Shown here: positions 1 to 9,915 of the stretch, piece by piece
How positions within the stretch are numbered: the first letter of the stretch is position 1
Layout: each line of letters starts with the position of its first letter
IMG/VR virus record: IMGVR_UViG_3300030372_000482
Location: 1-28,185 of that record
Length of the DNA stretch: 28,185 nt
Origin: a virus
Lineage: Duplodnaviria; Caudoviricetes
Reading direction: 5' to 3' (one strand)
Position numbers and translations under genes: made by a program
Notes under the pieces: model-generated
Seen by the model: the letters and a program-made list of their open reading frames with translations, nothing else
Told to the model about the DNA's origin: nothing
Databases searched by the model: none

Positions 1-26
1 CAATACCTTCTTTAACTCTAAATGAA
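1..26. repeat. Terminal direct repeat, left copy (circular overlap)
   Basis: 1-26 caataccttctttaactctaaatgaa matches 28160-28185 caataccttcttcaactctaaatgaa at 25/26 positions. Confidence 0.9.
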
Positions 27-235
27 ACGCCAGTATCTAATTTATATGTTCCTGCAGGTAAAGGAATTGTTGTTCCATCTTCTGTTAATACAGAAACATC
101 AACACCTGATTCTAATTCTTCAGCAGTTGATACAATAATTGTACCATCTTCTGTTTTTGCTTGAAAAGCTAACTTTAGTTCTTCTTCTTTTTTGTCAAGA
201 CCTAAAGCTATTAATATTCTTTCTTTTAAATCCAT
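1..235 (-). CDS. Capsid scaffolding protein, N-terminal part (continues across the circular junction into 27645..28160)
   Basis: Not in ORF track. ATG at 235: MDLKERILIALGLDKKEEELKLAFQAKTEDGTIIVST...GVSFRVKEGI, open to the window edge and in frame with V-S-E-V-M at 28160-28146. Joined product ~249 aa, acidic, directly upstream of the major capsid gene. Confidence 0.8.
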   Translation of the reverse strand, partial: MDLKERILIALGLDKKEEELKLAFQAKTEDGTIIVSTAEELESGVDVSVLTEDGTTIPLPAGTYKLDTGVSFRVKEGI

Positions 236-264
236 AATTTCTTAATTTGTAGTTAGTTGGTTAA

Positions 265-294
265 TATATAATAGAATTGTTATTTATTTATTTG
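265..294 (-). promoter_or_regulatory. Putative late promoter, copy 1 (upstream of scaffold/capsid operon)
   Basis: Minus strand CAAATAAAT-N10-TCTATTATATA; one of five equally spaced copies. Confidence 0.75.
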
Positions 295-305
295 ATTTTT
301 AGATA

Positions 306-1232
306 TTATAAAATTTTCATTGCTTTGTCTAGATTTTTTTGTTTTGATTCCATATCTTTTAAAGTTTCTTGAAATTGTTTTTCTAAACCTTTCATTCTAT
401 CAGGGTATTTAACACCTATTTCTTTTATTGCTGTTTTAAATTCTGTAATTTTTTTTAAACCTTTTGCACTATCTTGTTTAATTTTAACAACTTCTAATTT
501 TAATGATCTTATGGTTTCTATTGCGTTGTTTTTTGATTTATCCACTTTAGATGCGTTATCAATTAGTTTACCATATATTTTTTCAATATCTTTAACTAAA
601 CTTAATTCAACTTTTTCTGTTTTTAATTCAGTTCTTTCTTGTATTATGTCATTAAGTGCAGAAAGTATTTCTTCATCTGTTGGTTCTTGTTCTGACATCT
701 TTTGCATCTTGTCAACAAAATAGCCCTCTATACTTAATCCTTTTATTTCACCTGCTTTGATTCTATCCCATAATTCATCATTTGTTATTTTCATTTTAAC
801 AAACCATGTACCATTAGGTAAATCAAAACCATATAATTTAGACTTATCCATATCACCTTCTTTTACCCAACTTTCAACAGTTAAAACACCTGCTACTCTA
901 TCTTGGTGTTCGTATGTTGCTTTATGGTGATTGTTGTGTTTTAAATATAGTTCTGCAGCTTGACGTACTGTTTCAGGACTAAAATAAACATAATACTCTT
1001 GATCAGTATTAGGATCATATCTAAATATTTGTTTATTTGGAATAAGTGCTGGACTTACTAACATTCTTTTTTCTTCATCTACTTTTGCAAATGTTAGGTT
1101 GTTTTTATCTTTTCCAAAATATACAAAGTTTTCTTCTATTGCTGGTGAATGTACTAATGATATAGCATCTATTGTTAATGCTTCATTATTATCTTCATCT
1201 ATTACTAATTCTACTATTTTTGTGTTTTTCAT
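306..1232 (-). CDS. XkdF-like putative prohead serine protease with C-terminal helical extension
   Basis: AISLVHSPAIEENF, LVSPALIPNKQIFR, TYEH, VESW, GTWFVKMKI, IKGLSIEGYF resemble phage XkdF-type proteases; precedes scaffold and capsid genes on the circle. Confidence 0.75.
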   Translation of the reverse strand: MKNTKIVELVIDEDNNEALTIDAISLVHSPAIEENFVYFGKDKNNLTFAKVDEEKRMLVSPALIPNKQIFRYDPNTDQEYYVYFSPETVRQAAELYLKHNNHHKATYEHQDRVAGVLTVESWVKEGDMDKSKLYGFDLPNGTWFVKMKITNDELWDRIKAGEIKGLSIEGYFVDKMQKMSEQEPTDEEILSALNDIIQERTELKTEKVELSLVKDIEKIYGKLIDNASKVDKSKNNAIETIRSLKLEVVKIKQDSAKGLKKITEFKTAIKEIGVKYPDRMKGLEKQFQETLKDMESKQKNLDKAMKIL

Positions 1233-1233
1233 A

Positions 1234-1752
1234 TTATATTTTAACTTTTTTTATCATTATTTCAACTGCTTTTTCTACATCAGAAACAACTTTTTGTATT
1301 TCTCTTCTTTTTTTCTGAAATGGTGCTAAATCAACTCCTAGTTCTTTAGCTAATTTAAAATCTTTTTCAAATTGTTTATCTGCTCTTTTACCTATTTCAG
1401 ACGCTTCAAATGATGCTTTTCTTGCTGTTGTGTAAAAAGCTGCCATATCATTAGCCATTTTAAAAACTTTTTTTGCATTTTCTCTAGCTACTTTATCTTC
1501 TTTTGCTAATTCTTTTAAATAAAAATCATAATCTTTCATAGCAAATTCAACTTTTTCAACTTTACTTAAATTAAACTCTTTTAATTCTTTTGCATATTCT
1601 TCATATGTCTTTTTTCCTATTGGTGATGGGTATTTTTTCATCTTATTGTATTTTTTAGGGTTTGCTTTTTCACATTCTTCTTTAGTGGCATACTTACATT
1701 CTCCTGTATTACCATACTTATACTTATTGTCTTTACATTTTTTACACGGCAT
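1234..1752 (-). CDS. Hypothetical protein: N-terminal Cys-rich mini-module plus helical KELGV domain
   Basis: 172 aa; PCKKC...GEC...EEC at the N-terminus; C-terminal part resembles the C-terminus of the adjacent protease. Confidence 0.7.
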   Translation of the reverse strand: MPCKKCKDNKYKYGNTGECKYATKEECEKANPKKYNKMKKYPSPIGKKTYEEYAKELKEFNLSKVEKVEFAMKDYDFYLKELAKEDKVARENAKKVFKMANDMAAFYTTARKASFEASEIGKRADKQFEKDFKLAKELGVDLAPFQKKRREIQKVVSDVEKAVEIMIKKVKI

Positions 1753-1754
1753 AT

Positions 1755-1784
1755 TATATAATAGATTTAATTAATATTTATTTG
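1755..1784 (-). promoter_or_regulatory. Putative late promoter, copy 2
   Basis: CAAATAAAT-N10-TCTATTATATA, ending 2 nt before the ATG at 1752. Confidence 0.75.
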
Positions 1785-1788
1785 ATTT

Positions 1789-3318
1789 TTAAATTGTAGC
1801 CCTTCTTCTTATTGCTGCAAGTTTATCTTGGTTGTTTGTTACATCATCACTAACAACAAACGCTTGTACAGGTTCAGGTTTAACACCACCTGATAATTCA
1901 AATGCGCCACTCATCATTTCAGGTGCAGGGGGTGCAGGGGTTGCCCCACCAATACCACCACCACCACCGCCTGATCCTACATCTTGTTCCATAATCTTTT
2001 TTACATTTGCTAAACCTGATACTATAAGCGCAGCACCTGTTACAAAACCTGCAGGGCCGCCTTGTGCAAATGCTTTGTTAGCACCAACGTAAGTATCTAT
2101 AATTGCTTGTGCAATAGATAGTTCTTTACTTTCACCTGCTAAACTTTGTAATGCACCAGCTAAACCTGAATATGCAGATAATTGTTCATTTATTTGTTCT
2201 TGTGTTAATGTTGATACATTTTCTAAATTTTTTGTTAGTGCTTTTTCATTATTTTTTGTTATTTCTTGTAAAGCATCATTATTAATAGTCATTAACTTTG
2301 TTGTTGCTTCAGCTTGTCGTTTTGGTAATTCTATCAATTTATCTAAACCAAGTTCTTCATCTCTTGCTTTCATTTCATCTAATGCTTCTTTGTCTTTTGT
2401 TCTTTGTTCTTGTTTTATAGCATTAATTTTATTATTTAATTCTATCTGTTTAGTTGTAGATTCACCTTCAATATTTGCTAATGCTATTTTTAGGTCAGCT
2501 TCTCTATCTAAATCTTCTGCTAAATTTTGACCATCAACTTTTCTTAATTCCATTTGTTCTTGTTGAATCCTTAAATCTTCTTTTGCATTTGCTACCCTCC
2601 TTTTTAAAAGATCATTTTCTTTATTAAAAGCGTCTTGTGCAGCTTTTAATCTTTCTGATGTTGACTTTGTTGTATCTTCTGCAATTAATTTTAACTTTTC
2701 TATTTCTGTTCTTTGTTGTGCAGTTTCTACATTTAAATCTCTTTGACTATCTCTCAATGCTTGAAAAGCATTTTTTAGTTCTATTGCCCTTTTTGTATCT
2801 TTTGCTATTTCATCACCTATACCTACAAATGCGCCTTTAACATCTTTTAATGCACCCTCTGTATCACCTTCAAACAATTTAACAATAGCACCACCAAATT
2901 TTGCTACTCTATCAACAATAACACCTACTGCAGCCCCAACACCTGCAAATGCTTTTTCTAATAATTCTGCACCTTTTTTTGTTTTAGTAAAAAACGCTGC
3001 TAAACTTGTAAATGCTACAAGTAATGCGCCTATTCCTGTTGCTGCTACCCCTGTTGCTATTGCTCTAAATAAAGTTTTAGCACCTTTTATAATATTACCA
3101 CTAAACATTTGTTTAAAACCAACACCTGCAAGTTGTGCTTGTAATTTAATTTGTTTTAATCCATTAGTTACTATTTGTTGCATATCTTTAAATTTTTCTT
3201 TTATGCTACCAATAGTAATACCAAAAGCACCGAAATTGTTAGTTAACTCTTTTGTTTCTTGACTTGTTTTTTTAATATTTGATTTTATTTCTGCTTCTAA
3301 TGTTACTTTTTCTGCCAT
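1789..3318 (-). CDS. Tape measure protein (short)
   Basis: 509 aa, Ala/Gly-rich hydrophobic stretches (ATGIGALLVAF), long coiled-coil centre, Gly/Pro-rich C-terminus ending VQAFVVSDDVT...RRRATI; next to tail tip genes. Confidence 0.75.
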   Translation of the reverse strand: MAEKVTLEAEIKSNIKKTSQETKELTNNFGAFGITIGSIKEKFKDMQQIVTNGLKQIKLQAQLAGVGFKQMFSGNIIKGAKTLFRAIATGVAATGIGALLVAFTSLAAFFTKTKKGAELLEKAFAGVGAAVGVIVDRVAKFGGAIVKLFEGDTEGALKDVKGAFVGIGDEIAKDTKRAIELKNAFQALRDSQRDLNVETAQQRTEIEKLKLIAEDTTKSTSERLKAAQDAFNKENDLLKRRVANAKEDLRIQQEQMELRKVDGQNLAEDLDREADLKIALANIEGESTTKQIELNNKINAIKQEQRTKDKEALDEMKARDEELGLDKLIELPKRQAEATTKLMTINNDALQEITKNNEKALTKNLENVSTLTQEQINEQLSAYSGLAGALQSLAGESKELSIAQAIIDTYVGANKAFAQGGPAGFVTGAALIVSGLANVKKIMEQDVGSGGGGGGIGGATPAPPAPEMMSGAFELSGGVKPEPVQAFVVSDDVTNNQDKLAAIRRRATI

Positions 3319-3321
3319 AAT

Positions 3322-4200
3322 CTAAAATGATTTACTTGTTAATATTGTTTCATGTATATATACTTTTGCACTCCATACATTTTCTACATTGTTTCTATCT
3401 GTACATTGTACACTAATAGATTTAACATCTGCTGTTGATGTATCTACCATTGCAAATGAACCATTAACACCTACTTTTCCTATGTTTCTTGTAAAACCTA
3501 CAATAAATGCCATGCTATATGCGTTATCTATTTGTACAACACCCTTCATATTTCTATAAGAATAATTTCCTGTTGTTCCTGATGTACCGCCAACTTCTAA
3601 TCTTGTTAAATATATTTCATACCCTACAATACTATTATTTTGTATATTTATAAAGCTAGAACCATCACCATTTACTGTTAAATTTGTAGGTGTATTGTCT
3701 ATTGTAACGCCTGATAATTCTACCATTGTTGTTTGCCTATCTACATTTTGAAATTTTGTAAAACCACTTGCATCTGTATAAGCTATTGCATTATCACCAC
3801 CACCAATTACAAATTCACCGTTTCTTTGTGCTTGACCATTGACACCAACAACTGTTGCATTTTTAACATTATTTAACACTTTATTGCCCCTACCTGATAT
3901 TAAACAATTACTATTTGCACCCTTTGTTTCATTATCTGAACCATTTAATATTGTATTATTAGTGCCAAATGCTGTTTTACCCCCTCTTGCATAGTTTGTT
4001 ATATTATTAAAATTTGTATCTATTACACTTGTTGGTCTAAAAGCCCTGCAAAGCCCTGAATCTGAATCGTAAGTATATCCATATGCTTCACAACTTTGTT
4101 CACTTGGTATTAAATCATTGTTTGTACCATCTGTAAATAACACTTGACCATCAAGTGATACTCTATGTGGCTTTATTGTTTGTCCTGGTAAATAGTCCAT
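3322..4200 (-). CDS. Putative tail spike/fibre or tail tip protein
   Basis: 292 aa, Asn/Gly/Thr-rich with beta-helix-like stretch (NNTILNGSDN...NCLISGRGN...NATVVGVNG); start overlaps stop of the upstream tail gene. Confidence 0.55.
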   Translation of the reverse strand: MDYLPGQTIKPHRVSLDGQVLFTDGTNNDLIPSEQSCEAYGYTYDSDSGLCRAFRPTSVIDTNFNNITNYARGGKTAFGTNNTILNGSDNETKGANSNCLISGRGNKVLNNVKNATVVGVNGQAQRNGEFVIGGGDNAIAYTDASGFTKFQNVDRQTTMVELSGVTIDNTPTNLTVNGDGSSFINIQNNSIVGYEIYLTRLEVGGTSGTTGNYSYRNMKGVVQIDNAYSMAFIVGFTRNIGKVGVNGSFAMVDTSTADVKSISVQCTDRNNVENVWSAKVYIHETILTSKSF

Positions 4201-6956
4201 TATGGTATTAATATTAGTTCTACACTTGCTAAATCTCCTGGCTTGTAATTAATTTTGTTTACTCTAAACAACCTATTCTTTATTTGTATTTTATCAAAAA
4301 ATCTAAATTCAGTTAAATCTGCACCTGTTAACAACATTTTAACTGTTAATGTTCTTGTATCAGGGTGGTATAATTCACCATAGTAACCTTGATAAAATCT
4401 AGCAAACAAAGTGTTTACAGGCGAATCACCTAAACCAATTAATTGTTGTGTTCCAAATACATAGTCATCATTACTAAATAATGAAGGTACTTCTGATGTG
4501 TGGCTAAATACTTTATAGCTGTTTTCATTTTGAACTCCAACTCCACTTTCAGCAGGTATAAAATAAGTTAAATTAGGCGCACCTGATGATATTTCATAAG
4601 GTGTTGAAAAACAATTATATAAAATTCTAGGTGCATTCTCAATAGGTTCAAATTCTGTTCCATCATCATTAGCACCATAAATAGCAGGTGCAATAAATGT
4701 AGGGTAATCAGGGAATATAGGTTTTACAACTGTTGCTGCAAATGGTACAACCTCTATTTCTTCTTCACCTGTTAATAATGTATAGTCTGATTGTGTAAAT
4801 GTTAAACTACCATATTGATGTTGTTGTGTTGCTGCTTTATACACTTTATATGGGTAATCTTCATCTTCTGTAAATTTAAATACAGTTGTTTTTGTTAATT
4901 CTAATGGTTTTAATTCTAATTGGTCATTATCTACTTTATTTGTCCAATCTAATATTTTAGAATCTGCATTATTTAAAAATATATCATCATATGGTTCTAT
5001 AAGAATGTTTGTAGGATTTTTTGGGTCTTGTAATGTTATTAAATTAAACATTGTCATTATACCTTTTAAAAACTCAAATTGATTTAGTTCACCCCTTAAT
5101 GTGTTCATTAACGTACCACCAACAATAGTATCTATTGTAACTTTAGCAAATAAAATTGACATATCTGGATTACCAGAAAAAAACAAATCACTGCATATTT
5201 TTGCTGTACCCCCACCTGTCCATTTCCATTGTAAATTTATAGTTTCTCCATTATTAAAGGTTTCAATAATTGAAGGCACATTTATTGTATGATTACCTGA
5301 TGCAGGTATATTATAGGTTGTTAAAGCATAGGTATTAGAATTACTATCTATATATCTTGTTTCTAATGTACCACCTGATGTTGTTACAAGTGCTAATCTG
5401 CTATTAATAAAGTATTCAGTATTATCAGAAGGTGATGTAAATTTACCTGTTGATGAATCGTACCCTGATTCTGTTTGCCAAGTTGTATTATTTACAATAT
5501 CAAAAATAATATCACTAAATGTAGCACCTGCCGTTTGTCCATTGAAAGTTTGGTATATAGCAACACCTGTAACAGTATAATCAGCAGGGCTAAAATCATT
5601 ACCCCAATTAAAATCCATAAACAATTTGCCAAAATCAGCAGTATCAAAAAAAGTTGAAGTCCATGTAAAACCAGCATCTTTAAATATCTTATTTAATAAA
5701 TATCTAATTTGTATCCAAGGTCTATAAGCATCTGATAATTGATTTAAACTAGGCATTCCTGAATTTGCATTTGCATTAACTTGTGATGCTGTTGCTTGAT
5801 AATTTATTTTACCAGTCCAATCACAAAATGGGTATTTTAATACATTTGTTCTATCTGCTGCTAATGATGAATCAAAAGCAAAACTGTTTGTTGGTAATGT
5901 GTTTAATAATTGAATACCTGTTGTATCCGTCCAACTATCTTCTATAATATTGTAGTTATAATTATGTGATAATTCACTTAAATCAATATCTGAAAATGTT
6001 TTGTTTTGCAAAATATCTGCAAGTGCAATAGCTTCTGAATATAAATTAACATTATAGCTAATTTCACCTTTTTGTGTTTTTATTTCTATTAACCTCAAAT
6101 ACCCTTGAAATATAGTAAAACCATTTTCTTTTAATATTGCTTGTGTTTGTTTATAAGGATTAAAAGATATACCTGTGTCTTTTCTTGTAATGTCAAATAT
6201 ATTATCAAATATTTTGTTGTTTCTTTTTGTTGCAGGTAGGTTAAAATCTTTAGAATAGCTTTGTACTTTTTCAGCTACATTTTTAAAATCATCTACACTC
6301 AATGTTAATGGTATTTCTTCTTCTTCGTATAAATCAACAATTACTTGACCATCTCTAGGTTCACTATTTGCTGTAGGTGTTAATGTTGTAATGCTAACTG
6401 ATGTTATATCTAACACTTGAGTATTTAAAGCAACATATTGTAATACTAAAACTTCACTTTGACTTTGTGCTGTAAATATTACAGGATTTGTATTGCCTGC
6501 TACACTTATATCTGTAATTGGTGTTAAACCAGAGTTACCTAAACCACCTAAATTGTTAGAATACCCTGAAGCACCCATTATTAATGTACCTAAACCTGTT
6601 GTTGCTGGTACTGTTACATTAATAACTAATTGATATTGTTGACCAACTACTAAACCATTTATTCTTTGATATATTCCACTTTCTTTTATAAAACTGCTAT
6701 TACCTGTAAACCTTACTTGACCTGCAATAACTGTTGGTGCTGTACCGCCTGATGTTGTAAACCTTTGCCAATTTGTTGTAGGTGGTGATGTTGTAAGAGC
6801 ATCTATTGCTGCTTGTCCTGTTGTTAATGTTGTATTAGTAGAATTTACTGCACTAGCAAATTGAACTCCATCTGTCACAAGTTGTAGAAAACCTGAACCT
6901 GCTGTATATTGGTAACCTTGATGGTTTTGCGGGAATACTACTAATTGTACTGACAT
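4200..6956 (-). CDS. Tail tip/hub protein with beta-sandwich insertions
   Basis: 918 aa; DLYEEEEIPLTLSVDDF...SYSKDFNLPATKRNNKIF...GYLRL and C-terminal DKIQIKNRLFRVNKINYKP resemble siphophage tail hub proteins; N-terminal carbohydrate-binding-like segment (GIYQRINGLVVGQQYQL). Confidence 0.6.
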   Translation of the reverse strand: MSVQLVVFPQNHQGYQYTAGSGFLQLVTDGVQFASAVNSTNTTLTTGQAAIDALTTSPPTTNWQRFTTSGGTAPTVIAGQVRFTGNSSFIKESGIYQRINGLVVGQQYQLVINVTVPATTGLGTLIMGASGYSNNLGGLGNSGLTPITDISVAGNTNPVIFTAQSQSEVLVLQYVALNTQVLDITSVSITTLTPTANSEPRDGQVIVDLYEEEEIPLTLSVDDFKNVAEKVQSYSKDFNLPATKRNNKIFDNIFDITRKDTGISFNPYKQTQAILKENGFTIFQGYLRLIEIKTQKGEISYNVNLYSEAIALADILQNKTFSDIDLSELSHNYNYNIIEDSWTDTTGIQLLNTLPTNSFAFDSSLAADRTNVLKYPFCDWTGKINYQATASQVNANANSGMPSLNQLSDAYRPWIQIRYLLNKIFKDAGFTWTSTFFDTADFGKLFMDFNWGNDFSPADYTVTGVAIYQTFNGQTAGATFSDIIFDIVNNTTWQTESGYDSSTGKFTSPSDNTEYFINSRLALVTTSGGTLETRYIDSNSNTYALTTYNIPASGNHTINVPSIIETFNNGETINLQWKWTGGGTAKICSDLFFSGNPDMSILFAKVTIDTIVGGTLMNTLRGELNQFEFLKGIMTMFNLITLQDPKNPTNILIEPYDDIFLNNADSKILDWTNKVDNDQLELKPLELTKTTVFKFTEDEDYPYKVYKAATQQHQYGSLTFTQSDYTLLTGEEEIEVVPFAATVVKPIFPDYPTFIAPAIYGANDDGTEFEPIENAPRILYNCFSTPYEISSGAPNLTYFIPAESGVGVQNENSYKVFSHTSEVPSLFSNDDYVFGTQQLIGLGDSPVNTLFARFYQGYYGELYHPDTRTLTVKMLLTGADLTEFRFFDKIQIKNRLFRVNKINYKPGDLASVELILIP

Positions 6957-6958
6957 AT

Positions 6959-8563
6959 CTAGACTCTTTGTGTTCTTCTATCTGATGCTCTTTCTACATC
7001 AAATGTATATTGTATTAATTTATCATTACCTCTTGTTTTTCTTGTGTAGCTTGATGTTTTAACTGTTACAGGTTCTACATATCTGTTTATGTTACCAGCA
7101 TTTAAAATAGCACCATCTGCATTAAATCCATTTAATATATATACTTCTGTACTATTTATTAATTGCTCAAACCATACTGCATCTGCTTCTGTTACAAAAT
7201 CTGTGTTCATTTTTACACTTTCTCTTGTATTTACTCTAAAGTTTTTTTGTCCACCTGAAAAACCTAAGTTAGAATAACTACTTTCATTCCATGTTCCTGC
7301 TAATTGTGTAAAATTAGTTCTATTTGTTGCTAATGTTCTAACTGACTTTTTCCTAAATGTATAGTAATCCCAAACACCATGTTTATTTAACCATACAAGC
7401 CTAATACTTTCATATTTACAATCGCTTTTAACAATGTTAATTCTGTATTCACTACCAATAGGAATATCTTGTGATGTTGTAGATTCTTGAAATGGTTGTA
7501 ATGTATAATAAGCAACATTTGCTTTGTGTGTGTTCCAATCTGCATAAGTAACATTATCTGCTATATAAGCACCATCTAAATTAGCAGGGAATCCACCAAA
7601 GTATAATAGCCTTGTAGTTGCAAAAAAGTTATTATTAATATCAGTACCATGTGCAGAATAACCACCATTTACTTGCCTATTTTCTGCTTCTATTGTGCTA
7701 CCTAATTGCACTCCTGCTTCACTATATAAACTTATTTTAATAACACCAATACTTGCAGGTGATAATGTATTATTACCAACATTAAAGCTGTTTTGGGCTG
7801 TTCTTAAAAAGTTTAAAAAAGGTAATGTACCATAATCTGTTAATCTTGCTTCTTGTGTTAATGGTGCATCTGATAACATTTGACCACTTGCTGTTGTAGA
7901 AGTAAATCCTGAATTTTGTATTATATAAGATGGTCTTGTAGTGTCATCTGTTGCTGATAGGTTGTAACCAAAATCAAATTTTTTACTTACAAAATTACTA
8001 TAAGCTAATACATCTGTATCATATAAAACACCATTATAAATTAATAAATCATTACTATATTGTGCAATTAGATAAGGATCTTTACCTACTGCATTAGGGT
8101 TGTTAGGATCTGCACCTAAATATTCCATTGTAAATTTCACTCTTACATATTTAATAGCATTTTGTGAAATACAATATCTATCTACTAAATGTATTGCATG
8201 GTAAAACCTTTTTTGATTGTTATTATTTTCAAATGTATTACCCCTAAAAGTTGTTTGTACTGTTTCACCTGGTGCTATTTCTGTATCAACACCATTATAA
8301 TCAGGGCTAACATAATTTTCTAATATTGTACTTAATTCAAATATACCAACACCTGTATTGTTTGGTGTTGACTTAAATTCACCTATTATAGATGTTGTTT
8401 GGTTGAGTTCTGATGAATCAGTTGCTACCCTTATTTCTACAACATAATTTACATTTGTTTTTGTTGTTACTATATTACCTGTTGTTTCATTTACAACAAA
8501 TACTATTTCTTGACCTGCTGCTAATGTATTAAATAATGGTCTTTGTACTATTTGTAATGCCAT
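6959..8563 (-). CDS. Tail/baseplate protein (distal-tail-like)
   Basis: 534 aa; C-terminal RLVWLNKHGVWDYYTF...MNTDFV...QLINSTEVY pattern; lies between tail completion and hub genes. Confidence 0.55.
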   Translation of the reverse strand: MALQIVQRPLFNTLAAGQEIVFVVNETTGNIVTTKTNVNYVVEIRVATDSSELNQTTSIIGEFKSTPNNTGVGIFELSTILENYVSPDYNGVDTEIAPGETVQTTFRGNTFENNNNQKRFYHAIHLVDRYCISQNAIKYVRVKFTMEYLGADPNNPNAVGKDPYLIAQYSNDLLIYNGVLYDTDVLAYSNFVSKKFDFGYNLSATDDTTRPSYIIQNSGFTSTTASGQMLSDAPLTQEARLTDYGTLPFLNFLRTAQNSFNVGNNTLSPASIGVIKISLYSEAGVQLGSTIEAENRQVNGGYSAHGTDINNNFFATTRLLYFGGFPANLDGAYIADNVTYADWNTHKANVAYYTLQPFQESTTSQDIPIGSEYRINIVKSDCKYESIRLVWLNKHGVWDYYTFRKKSVRTLATNRTNFTQLAGTWNESSYSNLGFSGGQKNFRVNTRESVKMNTDFVTEADAVWFEQLINSTEVYILNGFNADGAILNAGNINRYVEPVTVKTSSYTRKTRGNDKLIQYTFDVERASDRRTQRV

Positions 8564-8564
8564 G

Positions 8565-9098
8565 TTAATTTACTGTTATTGTTGATAAACTATCTACTAT
8601 ATCTTGTTTTACATTTTTTAATAAATCTTTTCCAAATTGTTTAATTCCAAGACCTAAAGGTTTTTGAAAAAAACTTATACCTTTTATTCCATCCCTTTTT
8701 ATCTTTTTAGCAAATATAAAAGCTAGACTTAAATTGCTAATAAAACGTCCTGTTTTTTTATCCCTACCTTTTATTCTTTTTTTACTTATCCATTTTGCTA
8801 ATATACCTGCTGGTGGTTGTTTTGTAGTGTATTCATAAGGGCTTTTAACTACTGTACCTTTATAATCTTTATAACTTTGTTTTTTATTAGTTCCTGAAAC
8901 ACCTTTATCTACAAAAGAACCATAATTTGCCATATAGAAATTTACAACAAAACCTTTATCATCTGTTATTACTTCAAATCGTAATGTTTTTTCTAAATTT
9001 GTTTTACCACCTTTTTGCCTTTGCAAATTACCTTTTGCTCTATTGACAACTTGCTTACCAAAAGATTCTAAATACCTTTCTATATTTTTTGTTTTCAT
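8565..9098 (-). CDS. Putative tail completion/neck protein (HK97 gp10-like)
   Basis: 177 aa, basic; FGKQVVNRAKGNL, YGSFVDKGVSG, KQPP, AKKIKRDGIKGISFFQKP. Confidence 0.5.
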   Translation of the reverse strand: MKTKNIERYLESFGKQVVNRAKGNLQRQKGGKTNLEKTLRFEVITDDKGFVVNFYMANYGSFVDKGVSGTNKKQSYKDYKGTVVKSPYEYTTKQPPAGILAKWISKKRIKGRDKKTGRFISNLSLAFIFAKKIKRDGIKGISFFQKPLGLGIKQFGKDLLKNVKQDIVDSLSTITVN

Positions 9099-9553
9099 TA
9101 TTCAGAAACCCCAACAAATATTTCAACTCTAGGATTGTAAGAACTACCAACTGGTCTTACTTGTAAAGATGCTATATTTTCCATTGTTCCAAATGAAGGG
9201 CTTGTATCTGCTTCACCTAAAGCAATTGCAGCACCTTGACTTAATACATGAGAATTACCAGCTGTAATTGTTACTTGATAATTAGTAGCTGTTGTTACTA
9301 TTGCAAGTTCTATTTCAGCATTTGCATCTAAATTAGTTACCCTAATATATTTAGTTCTATCAACATCTATTGCCCCTGCTGATGTATGTGGACTTGCCGC
9401 AAAAGTTGCTATTGTTGTTGTTTGCGAATGCGCACATGTTACTATTCGTTCAAGAACATCTACTATACCTGTTGTTGTTACTGTGTTTGTTGTACCACGA
9501 TTTGCACCATTTAGGGTAACCGCTTCTGTGATTGTTGTTACTAAATCTGCCAT
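9098..9553 (-). CDS. Hypothetical virion protein
   Basis: 151 aa, Thr/Ala-rich, beta-type composition, within the tail operon. Confidence 0.6.
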   Translation of the reverse strand: MADLVTTITEAVTLNGANRGTTNTVTTTGIVDVLERIVTCAHSQTTTIATFAASPHTSAGAIDVDRTKYIRVTNLDANAEIELAIVTTATNYQVTITAGNSHVLSQGAAIALGEADTSPSFGTMENIASLQVRPVGSSYNPRVEIFVGVSE

Positions 9554-9555
9554 AT

Positions 9556-9915
9556 TTATTTATTTTTTTCTTTATCTATTTGTTTTAATTTACTTATTGC
9601 CCAATTTATACCTGATGAACCACCCCAAGCATCCCACATAAGACCACCACAACCCTCTGTATATGGTACATCTTTATTTTGTTGATGTCTTTTAAATGAA
9701 GCCATTCTTGCAATTGTATCTCTTGATATTGGTTTTTTATCTGCTAATTGTCTTGCCCTAGTCCAACCAACTCTAGTACCACAATCTGAACCATTTTCTT
9801 CTTTGTATTTTATTGCACGTTTAGCATTATTTGTAGCACCTTGCGGATAATCTGTATAACTTTTTAGCTTTATACTAATTGCTTCTAATTTTTCTAATAA
9901 TTCGTTATAGTCCAT
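9556..9915 (-). CDS. Phage hypothetical protein (SYTDYP...CGTRVGW...MWDAWGG domain)
   Basis: 119 aa; Trp/Cys/Gly-rich motif of a type I associate with phage head-morphogenesis loci; function unknown. Confidence 0.7.
   Translation of the reverse strand: MDYNELLEKLEAISIKLKSYTDYPQGATNNAKRAIKYKEENGSDCGTRVGWTRARQLADKKPISRDTIARMASFKRHQQNKDVPYTEGCGGLMWDAWGGSSGINWAISKLKQIDKEKNK

Noticed and set aside
1921-1972. GC-rich ggtgcaggg and cca repeats
   Set aside because: Explained by the Gly/Pro-rich linker of the tape measure protein.
5492-5677. 61-aa hydrophobic alternative-frame ORF nested in the tail hub gene
   Set aside because: Off-frame reading of AT-rich codons readily gives Leu/Ile-rich text; no lipobox or independent support.
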